Positions 1 through 8,708 of a stretch of 64,000 bases of DNA are shown one piece after another (the first letter of the stretch is position 1; each line of letters starts with the position of its first letter). The stretch is from Nanobdellota archaeon (GTDB lineage: Archaea; Nanobdellota; Nanobdellia; UBA10117; ARS21): contig JAAZWY010000001.1 in assembly GCA_014240455.1 (NCBI GenBank), forward strand, positions 9,050-73,049, read 5' to 3'. A program made the translations under genes and the position numbers. The notes below the pieces were generated by a model. The model worked only from the letters and a program-made list of their open reading frames with translations. It searched no databases and was not told the origin of the DNA.

Positions 1-1637
1 TTCTTGGGTACAGAGCAAATAATCTTACAGTACAAAACAATACAATTAATGTATCAACTCACCATGCAATATATCTTAGTTTAAGAAGTTCTAATTCAAC
101 AATACAAGGTAACAATATTTTTGGAGATAGCTCCACTCCTTTAATTTATTTACTCAATGAACCCTTTAATATTACAATAAGAGATAACAACATAACTGAA
201 GGTGATAGATACTCAATTAGATATTATAATGGAAGCAAACATAATCACATACTAAATAACACAATTATTTCTTCACAATATGGTATTCAATTGTTTTCAG
301 GAACATATAATTCTACAATTGAAAATAATACAGTTACTTGTTCAGGAAATTATTGTATTGAAATACGAAGCAATGCCAGTGAGAATACAGTATTTAATAA
401 TACTTTAATTAATGGAGGTTACTCACTATCTTTACATACTAACGTAACCAAAACTACTCTATATAACAACACAATTTCGACCAATTCTTCAGATGGAACA
501 AGGGCGATCAGATTAACTAATGCCAGTCACAACAGAATTTTTAATAATACTTTAACAACCTTTGATTTGGGAATTCAAGTTTATCTTGAGTCAATTAATA
601 ATTCATTCTTAGACAACACAATTACTGCCACAGATGATCTTGGGTTTGAGATACATACTCGTTCATCGAATAATACAATTTCTGGAAACACTATAACTGT
701 TTCAGACGATTATGGAATTAGATTTCTCACTAGCTCTTCAGATAATATTGCAAAGAACAATATTATAACTATTACTGATGCTTATGCTCTATCTTTTGAA
801 TCAGACTCTAGAAATAATATTGCATGGAATAATACTTGGTCGACAGATAGATTATCAGTTAGAGATATAACTTCTTTATCAAATGTTAATTCAATCGTCT
901 ACAATACTTCAAATGTAGATATTAATTTCAATTCGACTAACTTGAATGTTTCTGAGGGCGGAACCTTCGGTCTTGGAAAAAATTTGTCCATTGTAGGAAA
1001 CGAAGTATTTGTTAACATAACAAATTTCCCTTCATTTAATCGTTCTGCACACATTACTATTTTTGGGACTGATTCCCTGAGCTTATCATCTAGAATACCA
1101 TATCAAAATGGAACTGCATGTACAGGTAGTGTTTGTACTGAAGTTTCTGATGCTGATACATATAAGTTTAATGTAAGCATATTGGTAGACAATAATATAT
1201 ACAATTTTAGTGTAGGTGCACCACCAAAATCAGTTTCCATTGCGTTTTCTACAAGATTAACAAATAATCTAAAATGGATTGTTTCTAATACAACTGGTGC
1301 TGAATGGACTGCACAATATAATAATGGAACAGGCCCAAGTGAATATTATATTAATATTACTTCGAATAATACGAATGTTAATTTAACAATAAAGGCTAGT
1401 GCGGCTTTAACTAGTGGTGCAAATACAATTGCATTAACTAATTTCAATTATAGTTATAATGGTTCAGATAGCACAGTTCCAGGATTTAATAAATCTATTA
1501 CTACAACTGCCTCAACTATTGGTAATAATCTTGCAAATAACGCTGTAACTTGGTTGAAGTTCTTCCTTAAAGTTCCTACTCGACAAAAAGCAGGAAATTA
1601 TACTAATACTTTGACTATCGCTGCGACAGCATCATAA
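1..1637 (+). CDS. Secreted parallel beta-helix (PbH1-like) repeat surface glycoprotein, 5'-partial (frame is open back to the window start)
   Basis: Open frame in phase with ORF 291..1637 has no stop back to nt 3. About 22-aa periodic N-N-T-I/L-x-x repeats typical of right-handed beta-helix (NosD/pectate-lyase-like). About 30 N-x-S/T sequons in the last 448 aa. Confidence 0.6.
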   Translation, partial: LGYRANNLTVQNNTINVSTHHAIYLSLRSSNSTIQGNNIFGDSSTPLIYLLNEPFNITIRDNNITEGDRYSIRYYNGSKHNHILNNTIISSQYGIQLFSGTYNSTIENNTVTCSGNYCIEIRSNASENTVFNNTLINGGYSLSLHTNVTKTTLYNNTISTNSSDGTRAIRLTNASHNRIFNNTLTTFDLGIQVYLESINNSFLDNTITATDDLGFEIHTRSSNNTISGNTITVSDDYGIRFLTSSSDNIAKNNIITITDAYALSFESDSRNNIAWNNTWSTDRLSVRDITSLSNVNSIVYNTSNVDINFNSTNLNVSEGGTFGLGKNLSIVGNEVFVNITNFPSFNRSAHITIFGTDSLSLSSRIPYQNGTACTGSVCTEVSDADTYKFNVSILVDNNIYNFSVGAPPKSVSIAFSTRLTNNLKWIVSNTTGAEWTAQYNNGTGPSEYYINITSNNTNVNLTIKASAALTSGANTIALTNFNYSYNGSDSTVPGFNKSITTTASTIGNNLANNAVTWLKFFLKVPTRQKAGNYTNTLTIAATAS

Positions 1638-1781
1638 AATGAAAGAAAGAATTACGGTGAGCATTGAAAGAAGATTGCTTAAGAAAGTAGATTTAAGTAT
1701 TGAGAAATATTTGTTTGCAAATCGTAGTCACGGGTTTGAATATTTAGTTTCGAAGGAAAAGATAAAGTCTAAAAGTGGGAG

Positions 1782-2552
1782 ATGATATTTAATAATATGA
1801 AAAAAATTTTGACAGTGATGATTATTTTCATAGTTTTGTTTAGTCCAGTTCTTGCTTTGAAAGGTGTAGGTATTAAATATGTTACTGAACATATTTCTGT
1901 TGGAGAAGGTAAAGAAAATTGTTTAGGTTACGGAATATATAATCCTTGGGATGAAGATATTGTTGCTGAATTAACTGCCGATGGAGAATTGGAGCAATTT
2001 ATTAAAAAAATCCATAGTAAGAGCATTCCTTCGGGGACAAATAGCGGAGACGCAATTAATATTGATGTTTGTTTTGATATCCCGAAAGGAACTCTAGAAA
2101 GTTGTGATGAGTTAAGATCCTTCGAAGGAACAGTTATTGCGCGCGAGCAGAAAGATAATTTAATAAAAAGTAGTGGATCTTCAACTTCAACGTTAGTATC
2201 AGCACCATTAACTCTTGAAGTTATTTGTAGTAAAGGTGTTACTGGTTCGGCTGTAGTTTCGACTGTAGGTGGAACGTTAGGTGGAACGTTAGGTGGAAGT
2301 ATAGGAATTGGAGTAATTATTATTGGATTATTGGCGGTTTTGAGTTACGGAATTCCGAGAGTTAAGGTGAGACGACAACCAGAAGAAGAGCACTCTATTG
2401 AACCACATACTATGCGAGAGATTTATATGCAAAAGTATAATGAATTAATGATGCTTCATGTTAGGATTAAAGCAGGTGAAAGTAATCCTGAAATTTTGAG
2501 ACAATATCATTCTTTGCGAGAGTATTTGGAACGACTTCGTACTGATATGTAA
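1782..2552 (+). CDS. Secreted protein with N-terminal signal peptide, GGTLGGTLGGSIG glycine repeat and C-terminal TM anchor
   Basis: N-terminal hydrophobic signal (ILTVMIIFIVLFSPVLALKG). C-terminal TM VIIIGLLAVLSYGI followed by RVKVRR. Gly/Thr repeat segment. Confidence 0.55.
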   Translation: MIFNNMKKILTVMIIFIVLFSPVLALKGVGIKYVTEHISVGEGKENCLGYGIYNPWDEDIVAELTADGELEQFIKKIHSKSIPSGTNSGDAINIDVCFDIPKGTLESCDELRSFEGTVIAREQKDNLIKSSGSSTSTLVSAPLTLEVICSKGVTGSAVVSTVGGTLGGTLGGSIGIGVIIIGLLAVLSYGIPRVKVRRQPEEEHSIEPHTMREIYMQKYNELMMLHVRIKAGESNPEILRQYHSLREYLERLRTDM

Positions 2553-2625
2553 CCTTTTTTTTATATATGTTAACAGTGTTAACAAAGATAAGATATATAA
2601 ATCAGCATGTTAATATTGTTAACAG

Positions 2626-3120
2626 TTGGGTGGTAGATTGAATAAATCAATCAAAGATAGACAGATTTACGTATATTCTACTAGTCACCTGACTCCAACT
2701 GAGCGTGTAAGATTCTTCTACGCTCTGAAGGGCCGTAACGGTAAGCCAGGAATTCTAGATACTACTCAATCTATCTTTTTGGCTAAATCCATTCTAAGTG
2801 TTCTTCATAGTCAATCTGGAGAGATTGAGCAGTTCCTAAAAACTTGGGACTGTAATTTTTCTGTCAAGAAGGTCAAACCTTCTGATAAACCTACACATGC
2901 AATTGTTCGTTATTCTACCACCCATTTGAATGCGACTGAGCGTGTAAAATTTGTTTATGCAGTACATGGACGAGGCAGTTCTGAAGGATTTTTGAGACCT
3001 GGCGAAATGATGGCGAAGACAATTTTGTTTGTATCTATCAGACGTCTAGCTGAAATTAAAGCCTTCTTGGATAGTTGGGACTGCAAGTTATTGATTGAGG
3101 AGGTGGAAGCTAGTGAGTAA
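2626..3120 (+). CDS. Small protein made of two tandem ~70-aa repeats (Y-x-Y-S-T-x-H-L-x-x-T-E-R-V-+-F-x-Y-A-x-x-G-R ... W-D-C), unknown function; start codon is TTG
   Basis: Internal duplication is visible directly: IYVYSTSHLTPTERVRFFYALKGR...FLKTWDCNF and IVRYSTTHLNATERVKFVYAVHGR...FLDSWDCKL. Reading frame begins with TTG at 2626, immediately after a GTTAACA repeat. Confidence 0.5.
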   Translation: MGGRLNKSIKDRQIYVYSTSHLTPTERVRFFYALKGRNGKPGILDTTQSIFLAKSILSVLHSQSGEIEQFLKTWDCNFSVKKVKPSDKPTHAIVRYSTTHLNATERVKFVYAVHGRGSSEGFLRPGEMMAKTILFVSIRRLAEIKAFLDSWDCKLLIEEVEASE

Positions 3121-3982
3121 GATACATAGATTAAGGCAGGAACTGAACCATGTTGCTAAGCTTAGATCTGAACTTCATGCTGGACGAGAACGTCTCGCAG
3201 AGAGAATCCATATGCTGAATACACAATACAAGCAATCAGCAATAACTCATCATGACTATTCAGAACAGTTTGAGCTGTTGCTTGGAAATAGAACTCTCGG
3301 AGAGCATGAACGAAAATATCATAGACGAATTGAAGAGTTAAAGTATCGCGAGCACGCAATAAATCATAGTATTGGTCGAGCAGAAGCAAACAAATCATCC
3401 ACGGCTAAGGCAATCATATTGTCTGCTATGATGTTGATGGCAGTTACTGTTCCGATAGTAATGTTTGATGGAGGAATAACTGGATTTGCTACATCTCAAT
3501 CAACAGCTACAACAGCTACAGCAGAAATTGTTTACTATTATTCCTTGGCAGAGTCTACAGACTTTAGTGGAGGGATTGACTTCAGCAGTTTAACTCATAA
3601 TACTCAGAACAACAACGCAAGTTCAAACTATGAAGGATCAGGAACAGGATATGCTTTGAATCTATCTACAGATTCGAATACCGATATATCGATTTGTGTA
3701 AAGGCAAATACTGATTTGAAGAATCATACCGCACCAACTAATCTAATTGGAATCGGAAATATGACTTTCAATGCTTCCACTACTAATTCCACCAGTTTAC
3801 CTGCATTTGGAAATAGAACTGAAATGAATAGCTCAATATTCAGAAATGCAACTCATAATCTGGGAGCCGGAAACGCAACATTCTTCAGATTCTGGTTAAC
3901 TGTACCGGAAGATACACTGTCAGCTACATATAATAATTCTGCAACCTTCAAAGCAATTAGAGCAGGAGATACTTGTGCATAG
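3095..3982 (+). CDS. Membrane-anchored Thr/Asn-rich surface protein with N-terminal cytoplasmic coiled-coil segment
   Basis: N-terminal charged coiled-coil-like region, single TM (ILSAMMLMAVTVPIVMF), then T/S/N-rich sequon-rich extracellular part. Confidence 0.5.
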   Translation: MRRWKLVSKIHRLRQELNHVAKLRSELHAGRERLAERIHMLNTQYKQSAITHHDYSEQFELLLGNRTLGEHERKYHRRIEELKYREHAINHSIGRAEANKSSTAKAIILSAMMLMAVTVPIVMFDGGITGFATSQSTATTATAEIVYYYSLAESTDFSGGIDFSSLTHNTQNNNASSNYEGSGTGYALNLSTDSNTDISICVKANTDLKNHTAPTNLIGIGNMTFNASTTNSTSLPAFGNRTEMNSSIFRNATHNLGAGNATFFRFWLTVPEDTLSATYNNSATFKAIRAGDTCA

Positions 3983-4030
3983 CGCTTTGTTTTAAGAAAT
4001 GTTTAAATAGAAAGTAAGTTTCTAGTTGAT

Positions 4031-4255
4031 ATGAATCTAGACTTCTCAGATAGGAAGATAATGGCCGCAGGGTTAGTTCTTTTAGTTGTTGCAGCAGGAT
4101 TAGGTGTGTTTTGGATTGTAGATACTTCTACAACTGAAACTCCAATTACTCAAACTTCAGCTACCGGATCTTTTTTGATTGAAGTCACAGAGAATATAGA
4201 GAATATAGATAATGGCGAAGAGATCACAGAAACGGAAACAGACTCGGCGAATTGA
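4031..4255 (+). CDS. Small membrane protein (TM helix plus acidic tail)
   Basis: 74-aa ORF, one TM (IMAAGLVLLVVAAGLGVFWIV), acidic C-terminus; co-directional within the surface cluster. Confidence 0.35.
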   Translation: MNLDFSDRKIMAAGLVLLVVAAGLGVFWIVDTSTTETPITQTSATGSFLIEVTENIENIDNGEEITETETDSAN

Positions 4256-4775
4256 TAATCACGAGTACGCAGTAATTGTTGCAATCGCAATAGTAGTTGC
4301 GGCTATTTTTATTTTTAGTTCTTATGGTTTTAATATTAAAGGTATGGCAGACGGTACATTTCAAGTTGTAGTTACAGGTACTGCCGGTTGTACTATTGAT
4401 CAGAGTTCAACACTTAGTGCTACTGGAGGCACAGAAAATACTACTGTTGGAGGAACACCACTTATTTTGAATAATACGGGTAATGTTGATCTTGATGTTT
4501 CATTTAACTCAAGTAAAACTAATACTACTTTATTTTCAGGATCCAATCCGAAATTATTTTGGAATTTTAGTAATTCTGAAGCCAGTTCAGGAACAATAGG
4601 TGGTTCGTTTGCTACATGGGCTCCAGTTAATACAACAACAATAACTCCAGTAACCACGTTCCAATTTGAACCAGGTACTGACACGATTCAAGTTGATTTC
4701 AATGTTACTGTGCCTTCTGATGAGCCAGCAGGTACAAAGTCTGCAACCATAACTGTTAGTTGTTCAGCATCATAA
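4212..4775 (+). CDS. Membrane-anchored Thr/Gly/Asn-rich surface protein
   Basis: Basic N-terminus, TM (YAVIVAIAIVVAAIFIF), T/N/G-rich sequon-rich ectodomain. Confidence 0.5.
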   Translation: MAKRSQKRKQTRRIDNHEYAVIVAIAIVVAAIFIFSSYGFNIKGMADGTFQVVVTGTAGCTIDQSSTLSATGGTENTTVGGTPLILNNTGNVDLDVSFNSSKTNTTLFSGSNPKLFWNFSNSEASSGTIGGSFATWAPVNTTTITPVTTFQFEPGTDTIQVDFNVTVPSDEPAGTKSATITVSCSAS

Positions 4776-5275
4776 TGATATCAAGATATTTTCTTTTGTT
4801 ATTGATACTACCTACTACCTTCGCATTTACAGTATCTCCAAGTACTGTGGACTATGAATTTAGTCCAGGAGGTGAGTATCCCGGAAGAGTATGTATTGTT
4901 GGAGGCGAAGATAAGTCATTTAATTTAACTCTCCATAACAAAGATATAATTAGTGAAATTGATTTTGAAGATTCATTCACTCCTTCAAAAAATTATGAGT
5001 GTCAAAATTATACTTTTAATACAAATCATTTTGTTGATGAACAAAAAGTCTATGATGCTTATGTCTATGTATCTGAATCCAATCCGCAAGATTTAACGGA
5101 AGACGGAGGAATTATATTTTTGACTAGAATTGGGCAGAGATTAGTTATTGATGCTACTTCTGCACCAGTTAGTGAAGACATACCAAAAATGGGATTCACT
5201 TTTGTATCAGTGAGTTTGAGCGTATTTATTGTGGCAATTCTTGCGTTGTTGTTCAGTAGACGCAAGCGTAACTAA
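4760..5275 (+). CDS. Secreted protein with signal peptide (..TTFAFT) and C-terminal TM anchor
   Basis: Signal peptide LLLLILPTTFAFTVSP. C-terminal TM FVSVSLSVFIVAILALLF followed by SRRKRN. Confidence 0.55.
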   Translation: MFSIIMISRYFLLLLILPTTFAFTVSPSTVDYEFSPGGEYPGRVCIVGGEDKSFNLTLHNKDIISEIDFEDSFTPSKNYECQNYTFNTNHFVDEQKVYDAYVYVSESNPQDLTEDGGIIFLTRIGQRLVIDATSAPVSEDIPKMGFTFVSVSLSVFIVAILALLFSRRKRN

Positions 5276-5287
5276 ACTTATTAATCA

Positions 5288-6664
5288 TTGAGAACTTTGA
5301 TTTGTATGCGCAAATTACTTTGGATTTTAGTTTTACTAATTCTTCCTGGAGCCTTTGCATTCAGTATGCTTGACGCCCTTTCAATACTTGATCCTTTTGT
5401 TTCTGGAACTTTTTCAGTTACAGTAGATGGAAGTAATGCGCCATTTTGGAACCAATCTATTTCCAATGTTACTATAAATCAAAATTCTGGATCAACAGTA
5501 GTGGATTCAGATATGACTCTCTCGGGAAACGGTCAATGTGTTGATGCAGACAATACTACGCCAACCTTTGCTGTTGCCAGTGAAAATACCTCTGCTGTAG
5601 ATTGTTCAATTTCAAGTACTGAATTAAGTATAACTCCTGCAACAGGTTTTACTGGAAATGACTCATGTATTATCTCTTGTTCTGATACTCTTAACTCTAC
5701 AAATAGCACATTTACTATTACAGTAAATGCGGTTGCTGCTGAAGAGGAAGCTGCTACACCGAGTGCCAGTGGCGGAGGAGGAGGCGGAGGAGGGAGTTTC
5801 TTTGCTCCATCACCGGGAGCAGATATAATTTCCTTTGAAATAATTCCTGAAGTTATTACAATTGAATTAAATCGAGGACAAACTGCAACTAAAACATTTA
5901 CAGTTTCAAATTTCAGAGAAGTTCTCAGAATCTTCAAAATTAAATTAAGAGGTATTGCAAGTTTGGCAGTTGTCCAGGATGAAGTTTCTGTTGATGCGCA
6001 AGGTGCGAGTGATGTTGGAATTAATTTTTATGTTCCTTCAGGAACTAGAATTGGAGTTTATTCTGGAAGCATTGATGTCGAATCTGAAACGATTGGAGTA
6101 GTTGTTGAGATAAAATCCAGAGACACAGACTCTGAAATTGGACTCACTTTACAAGAAAGTAAATCTATTCCGATTGATGGCAAAGTAGATAGTCTGAGAT
6201 TGCGGGCGATTTATCCCGGTCAAGCATTATCTCCAAAATTAGATCTATCTTCGTTCTTTGAACGCGGATTTACATTACTCAATGTCGATTACCAAATCTT
6301 GAATTCTGATAATCAAGTTGTCTATTCAGAAACGGTTGAAACTCAAATTAGTGCAGAAGAATTTGTAAAAGAACTTGATTTGCCAGTAAATATTGTACCG
6401 GGAAGATATGTTTTATCTGTATCAATTGATGAAGAAGGTGCATCTGGAGCAGCATCAAAGACTTTTGATATAAAGGCCCGCTCACTTTTTGCAGATGAAT
6501 CGGTGGTTCAAATATCCATTGCTCTTGCCATTATTGCTGGAGGATTTATATTATATATACATCGTCGTTGGAAAGTTTTCGATCTTGTAAGATCTGGAGC
6601 ATTCATATTTACAATGTATGATCGAGTCAGGAAACGCAGACGGAAGCAAGATAGACTTTTATAA
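5288..6664 (+). CDS. Secreted surface protein with signal peptide (..GAFAFS), poly-Gly linker (SGGGGGGGGS) and C-terminal TM anchor with basic tail
   Basis: Signal peptide paralogous to the neighbouring genes. Gly8 run encoded by a GGN simple repeat near 5765-5790. C-terminal TM IALAIIAGGFILYI followed by an RRWK... cytoplasmic tail. Confidence 0.55.
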   Translation: MRTLICMRKLLWILVLLILPGAFAFSMLDALSILDPFVSGTFSVTVDGSNAPFWNQSISNVTINQNSGSTVVDSDMTLSGNGQCVDADNTTPTFAVASENTSAVDCSISSTELSITPATGFTGNDSCIISCSDTLNSTNSTFTITVNAVAAEEEAATPSASGGGGGGGGSFFAPSPGADIISFEIIPEVITIELNRGQTATKTFTVSNFREVLRIFKIKLRGIASLAVVQDEVSVDAQGASDVGINFYVPSGTRIGVYSGSIDVESETIGVVVEIKSRDTDSEIGLTLQESKSIPIDGKVDSLRLRAIYPGQALSPKLDLSSFFERGFTLLNVDYQILNSDNQVVYSETVETQISAEEFVKELDLPVNIVPGRYVLSVSIDEEGASGAASKTFDIKARSLFADESVVQISIALAIIAGGFILYIHRRWKVFDLVRSGAFIFTMYDRVRKRRRKQDRLL

Positions 6665-6684
6665 TTCAGACCACTATCTTCTTT

Positions 6685-7683
6685 ATGCGTAAATTGTATT
6701 TGCTATTGTTGTTGATACCTACAGTATTCGCACAGAGTCCAGTTTTTAGCGAGTTTGGATTCGAAGAATCGGAATTACCTTTTGTACACTCAAATAGCTT
6801 CTCACTTTCAGAGGTTGAAGTTAATTTAGAGGGTGAGACTCGCTTTGATATAGATATTACTAACAAAGGTGCTGGACCTCTGTTTCTAATTGTTGATTAT
6901 CCTGATTTTTTGAGTGGTGAGACACGTATTGAGATGGAAAGAACCGATACATTGCAATTTAATGTAGATAATTCTAAGAAGTCCTTTGGAATAATCGAGT
7001 TTAACTCTCCAGATGCCTCACTTTCGTTACCTGTAATTAATACACCAATCGCTGATGATGAATTTGATAAATTTACATTAAACCCTTCTGCAGATGTATA
7101 TTTTGCCGGAGGAGACATGATATTTAATATTGAAATTGTTGACGATAACTCTGAAGCCACCAAACAAGTTTATCTAACACTCACTTTACTATCCAAAGAT
7201 AATAAGATAGTACTGGAAGACTCAAAGATTATAGAAGTAGATGCCTTATTTGATGAAGAATTATCACTTTATTTACCTGAATATTTATCAAAAGGAGACT
7301 ATGTATTGTTTGTTGAGGGTAAATATATGGGCTTTTCAGAGTATGATTCCTCGCTTTTCACTTTGGATGCAGACACATCAACAACTAATTTTTGGACAGG
7401 ACTATTATTAATCCTAATAGTAGGGTTATTCCTATTTTTGATACGCAATAGCAATAAACACCTAGGGAAATTGAGAAAAATACACACCAAACACTCACTT
7501 TCTATTCGGAGACATCGCGCCACTCGTGCAGAATCGGAGTTAGTTGAGAAGAAACTTTCATCCATAAGATCTGCCTATTTAGCAGGGGCAATTTCCAAAA
7601 AGAACTATGAGTCTATAATCAAAAAGTTAAGGAATAGGCTCAAGGCACTGCGTTTAGGCCTCAAAAAGCGGCCTAAGAAGTAG
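6685..7683 (+). CDS. Secreted surface protein with signal peptide (..TVFAQS) and C-terminal TM anchor plus basic coiled-coil cytoplasmic tail
   Basis: Signal peptide LLLLLIPTVFAQSP. C-terminal TM LLLILIVGLFLFLI, then a K/R-rich tail. Confidence 0.55.
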   Translation: MRKLYLLLLLIPTVFAQSPVFSEFGFEESELPFVHSNSFSLSEVEVNLEGETRFDIDITNKGAGPLFLIVDYPDFLSGETRIEMERTDTLQFNVDNSKKSFGIIEFNSPDASLSLPVINTPIADDEFDKFTLNPSADVYFAGGDMIFNIEIVDDNSEATKQVYLTLTLLSKDNKIVLEDSKIIEVDALFDEELSLYLPEYLSKGDYVLFVEGKYMGFSEYDSSLFTLDADTSTTNFWTGLLLILIVGLFLFLIRNSNKHLGKLRKIHTKHSLSIRRHRATRAESELVEKKLSSIRSAYLAGAISKKNYESIIKKLRNRLKALRLGLKKRPKK

Positions 7684-7722
7684 TAAATGTTATAAAGAAC
7701 TATACACTCTACTATCTATTAT

Positions 7723-8067
7723 ATGGCCAAAGCTAAACGTGTTTCTAAGCCAAGGAAAAAAGCTACTCGTAGAAAGTCAGCCAAAAACCAAAATTATTTG
7801 ATGGCAGCAATGTCTGACATTGGTAAAGAGCTTAGAAGACTCACTTCCGGTAAGAAGAAGCTGAGAGCCAGACTAGATAGTTCTAGAAGAGAGCTTTTGA
7901 AGTTAAAAGCCAGAGAAGATAGAGCCAGAGACAGACTCACTAAATTAATTGCAAAAGAAGGGCCTATTCATGAAGGACAACGTAATCTGAAGCGTTCTAT
8001 CACAGAGATTAAGAATAGAATTTTGAAAGTTAAGAAAATTCGAGAAGAAATCCGAGATCCAGAATAA
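7723..8067 (+). CDS. Small highly basic coiled-coil protein
   Basis: 114 aa, about 35% K/R, heptad-like pattern; no recognisable family. Confidence 0.4.
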   Translation: MAKAKRVSKPRKKATRRKSAKNQNYLMAAMSDIGKELRRLTSGKKKLRARLDSSRRELLKLKAREDRARDRLTKLIAKEGPIHEGQRNLKRSITEIKNRILKVKKIREEIRDPE

Positions 8068-8113
8068 ATTTTTATTTTTTCTAATTGTAGCAAGGTTTTT
8101 ATTGTTCAAGAGA

Positions 8114-8183
8114 GTTAAACTATTGTTAAACACATGTTAAACACTTCTCGGCAGGTGTTGAACAGGTCTAAACGTGTTTAAAC
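8114..8183. promoter_or_regulatory. Array of GTTAAAC-type repeats immediately upstream of the wHTH regulator gene: three copies spaced exactly 11 bp apart (8114, 8125, 8136), then GTTGAAC (8157) and GTTTAAAC (8176)
   Basis: Read directly from the sequence. The array occupies -74 to -5 relative to the ATG at 8188, where the archaeal BRE/TATA and any operator would lie. Confidence 0.5.
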
Positions 8184-8187
8184 AGAA

Positions 8188-8691
8188 ATGGTTATCAAAA
8201 AAACACTTAGAAAGCTTCTGAGAAGAAAGCGAAGAACGAAAACAGTAGAAAAAGAAGAAGTTGATAAACACAAAGTCCTAAGAAGTTGGGAAGACATTTA
8301 TGGAGAACTAAGTGAACATCCGCTTACTCAATCAAAGATAATTAATGAACAACTATTGCATTCTACTAATGATGCTTTGAATGAGATAAACAACAAGTTA
8401 GATGGTTTAGATGAAAGAGTGGGTGCTTTAGAACGTAAGAGACCAGCCGTTAGACGTAATAAAGATGAGAAACTTCCTTCAGTTGTTATTCCTCGTGCAA
8501 ACTTATCTAACCAAGAAGAACAGATTGTTCAGTTGATTGAATCTCAAAACGAAGTAGATGCAAAGACTGTTGCTCAGAAGTTTAATATCTCTAGATCAAA
8601 TTCTAGTTTGAAATTGAATAAATTACATAATTGGGGTTTCTTAACCAAGCGTTTAGATGAGAAAAGTGTGTTCTTTAGGATAAAAGAATAG
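8188..8691 (+). CDS. Transcriptional regulator with basic N-terminus, coiled coil and C-terminal winged helix-turn-helix
   Basis: C-terminal segment EEQIVQLIESQNEVDAKTVAQKFNISRSNSSLKLNKLHNWGFL has an MarR/TrmB/ArsR-like wHTH pattern. Confidence 0.5.
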   Translation: MVIKKTLRKLLRRKRRTKTVEKEEVDKHKVLRSWEDIYGELSEHPLTQSKIINEQLLHSTNDALNEINNKLDGLDERVGALERKRPAVRRNKDEKLPSVVIPRANLSNQEEQIVQLIESQNEVDAKTVAQKFNISRSNSSLKLNKLHNWGFLTKRLDEKSVFFRIKE

Positions 8692-8694
8692 TGT

Positions 8695-8708
8695 TAAACA
8701 CGTGTTTA
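8695..8708. promoter_or_regulatory. Perfect 14-bp palindrome TAAACACGTGTTTA in the 14-bp convergent gap between the wHTH regulator and xerA, overlapping the xerA stop codon
   Basis: Seen in the sequence. It shares the AAACACGTGTTT core with the upstream GTTAAAC-family repeats. Confidence 0.45.

Noticed and set aside
3162-5937. Minus-strand ORFs 3162..3398, 4400..4684, 5065..5265, 5281..5466, 5533..5937
   Set aside because: All are antisense to the co-directional surface-protein genes; 5533..5937 is the poly-Pro mirror of the Gly8 run.
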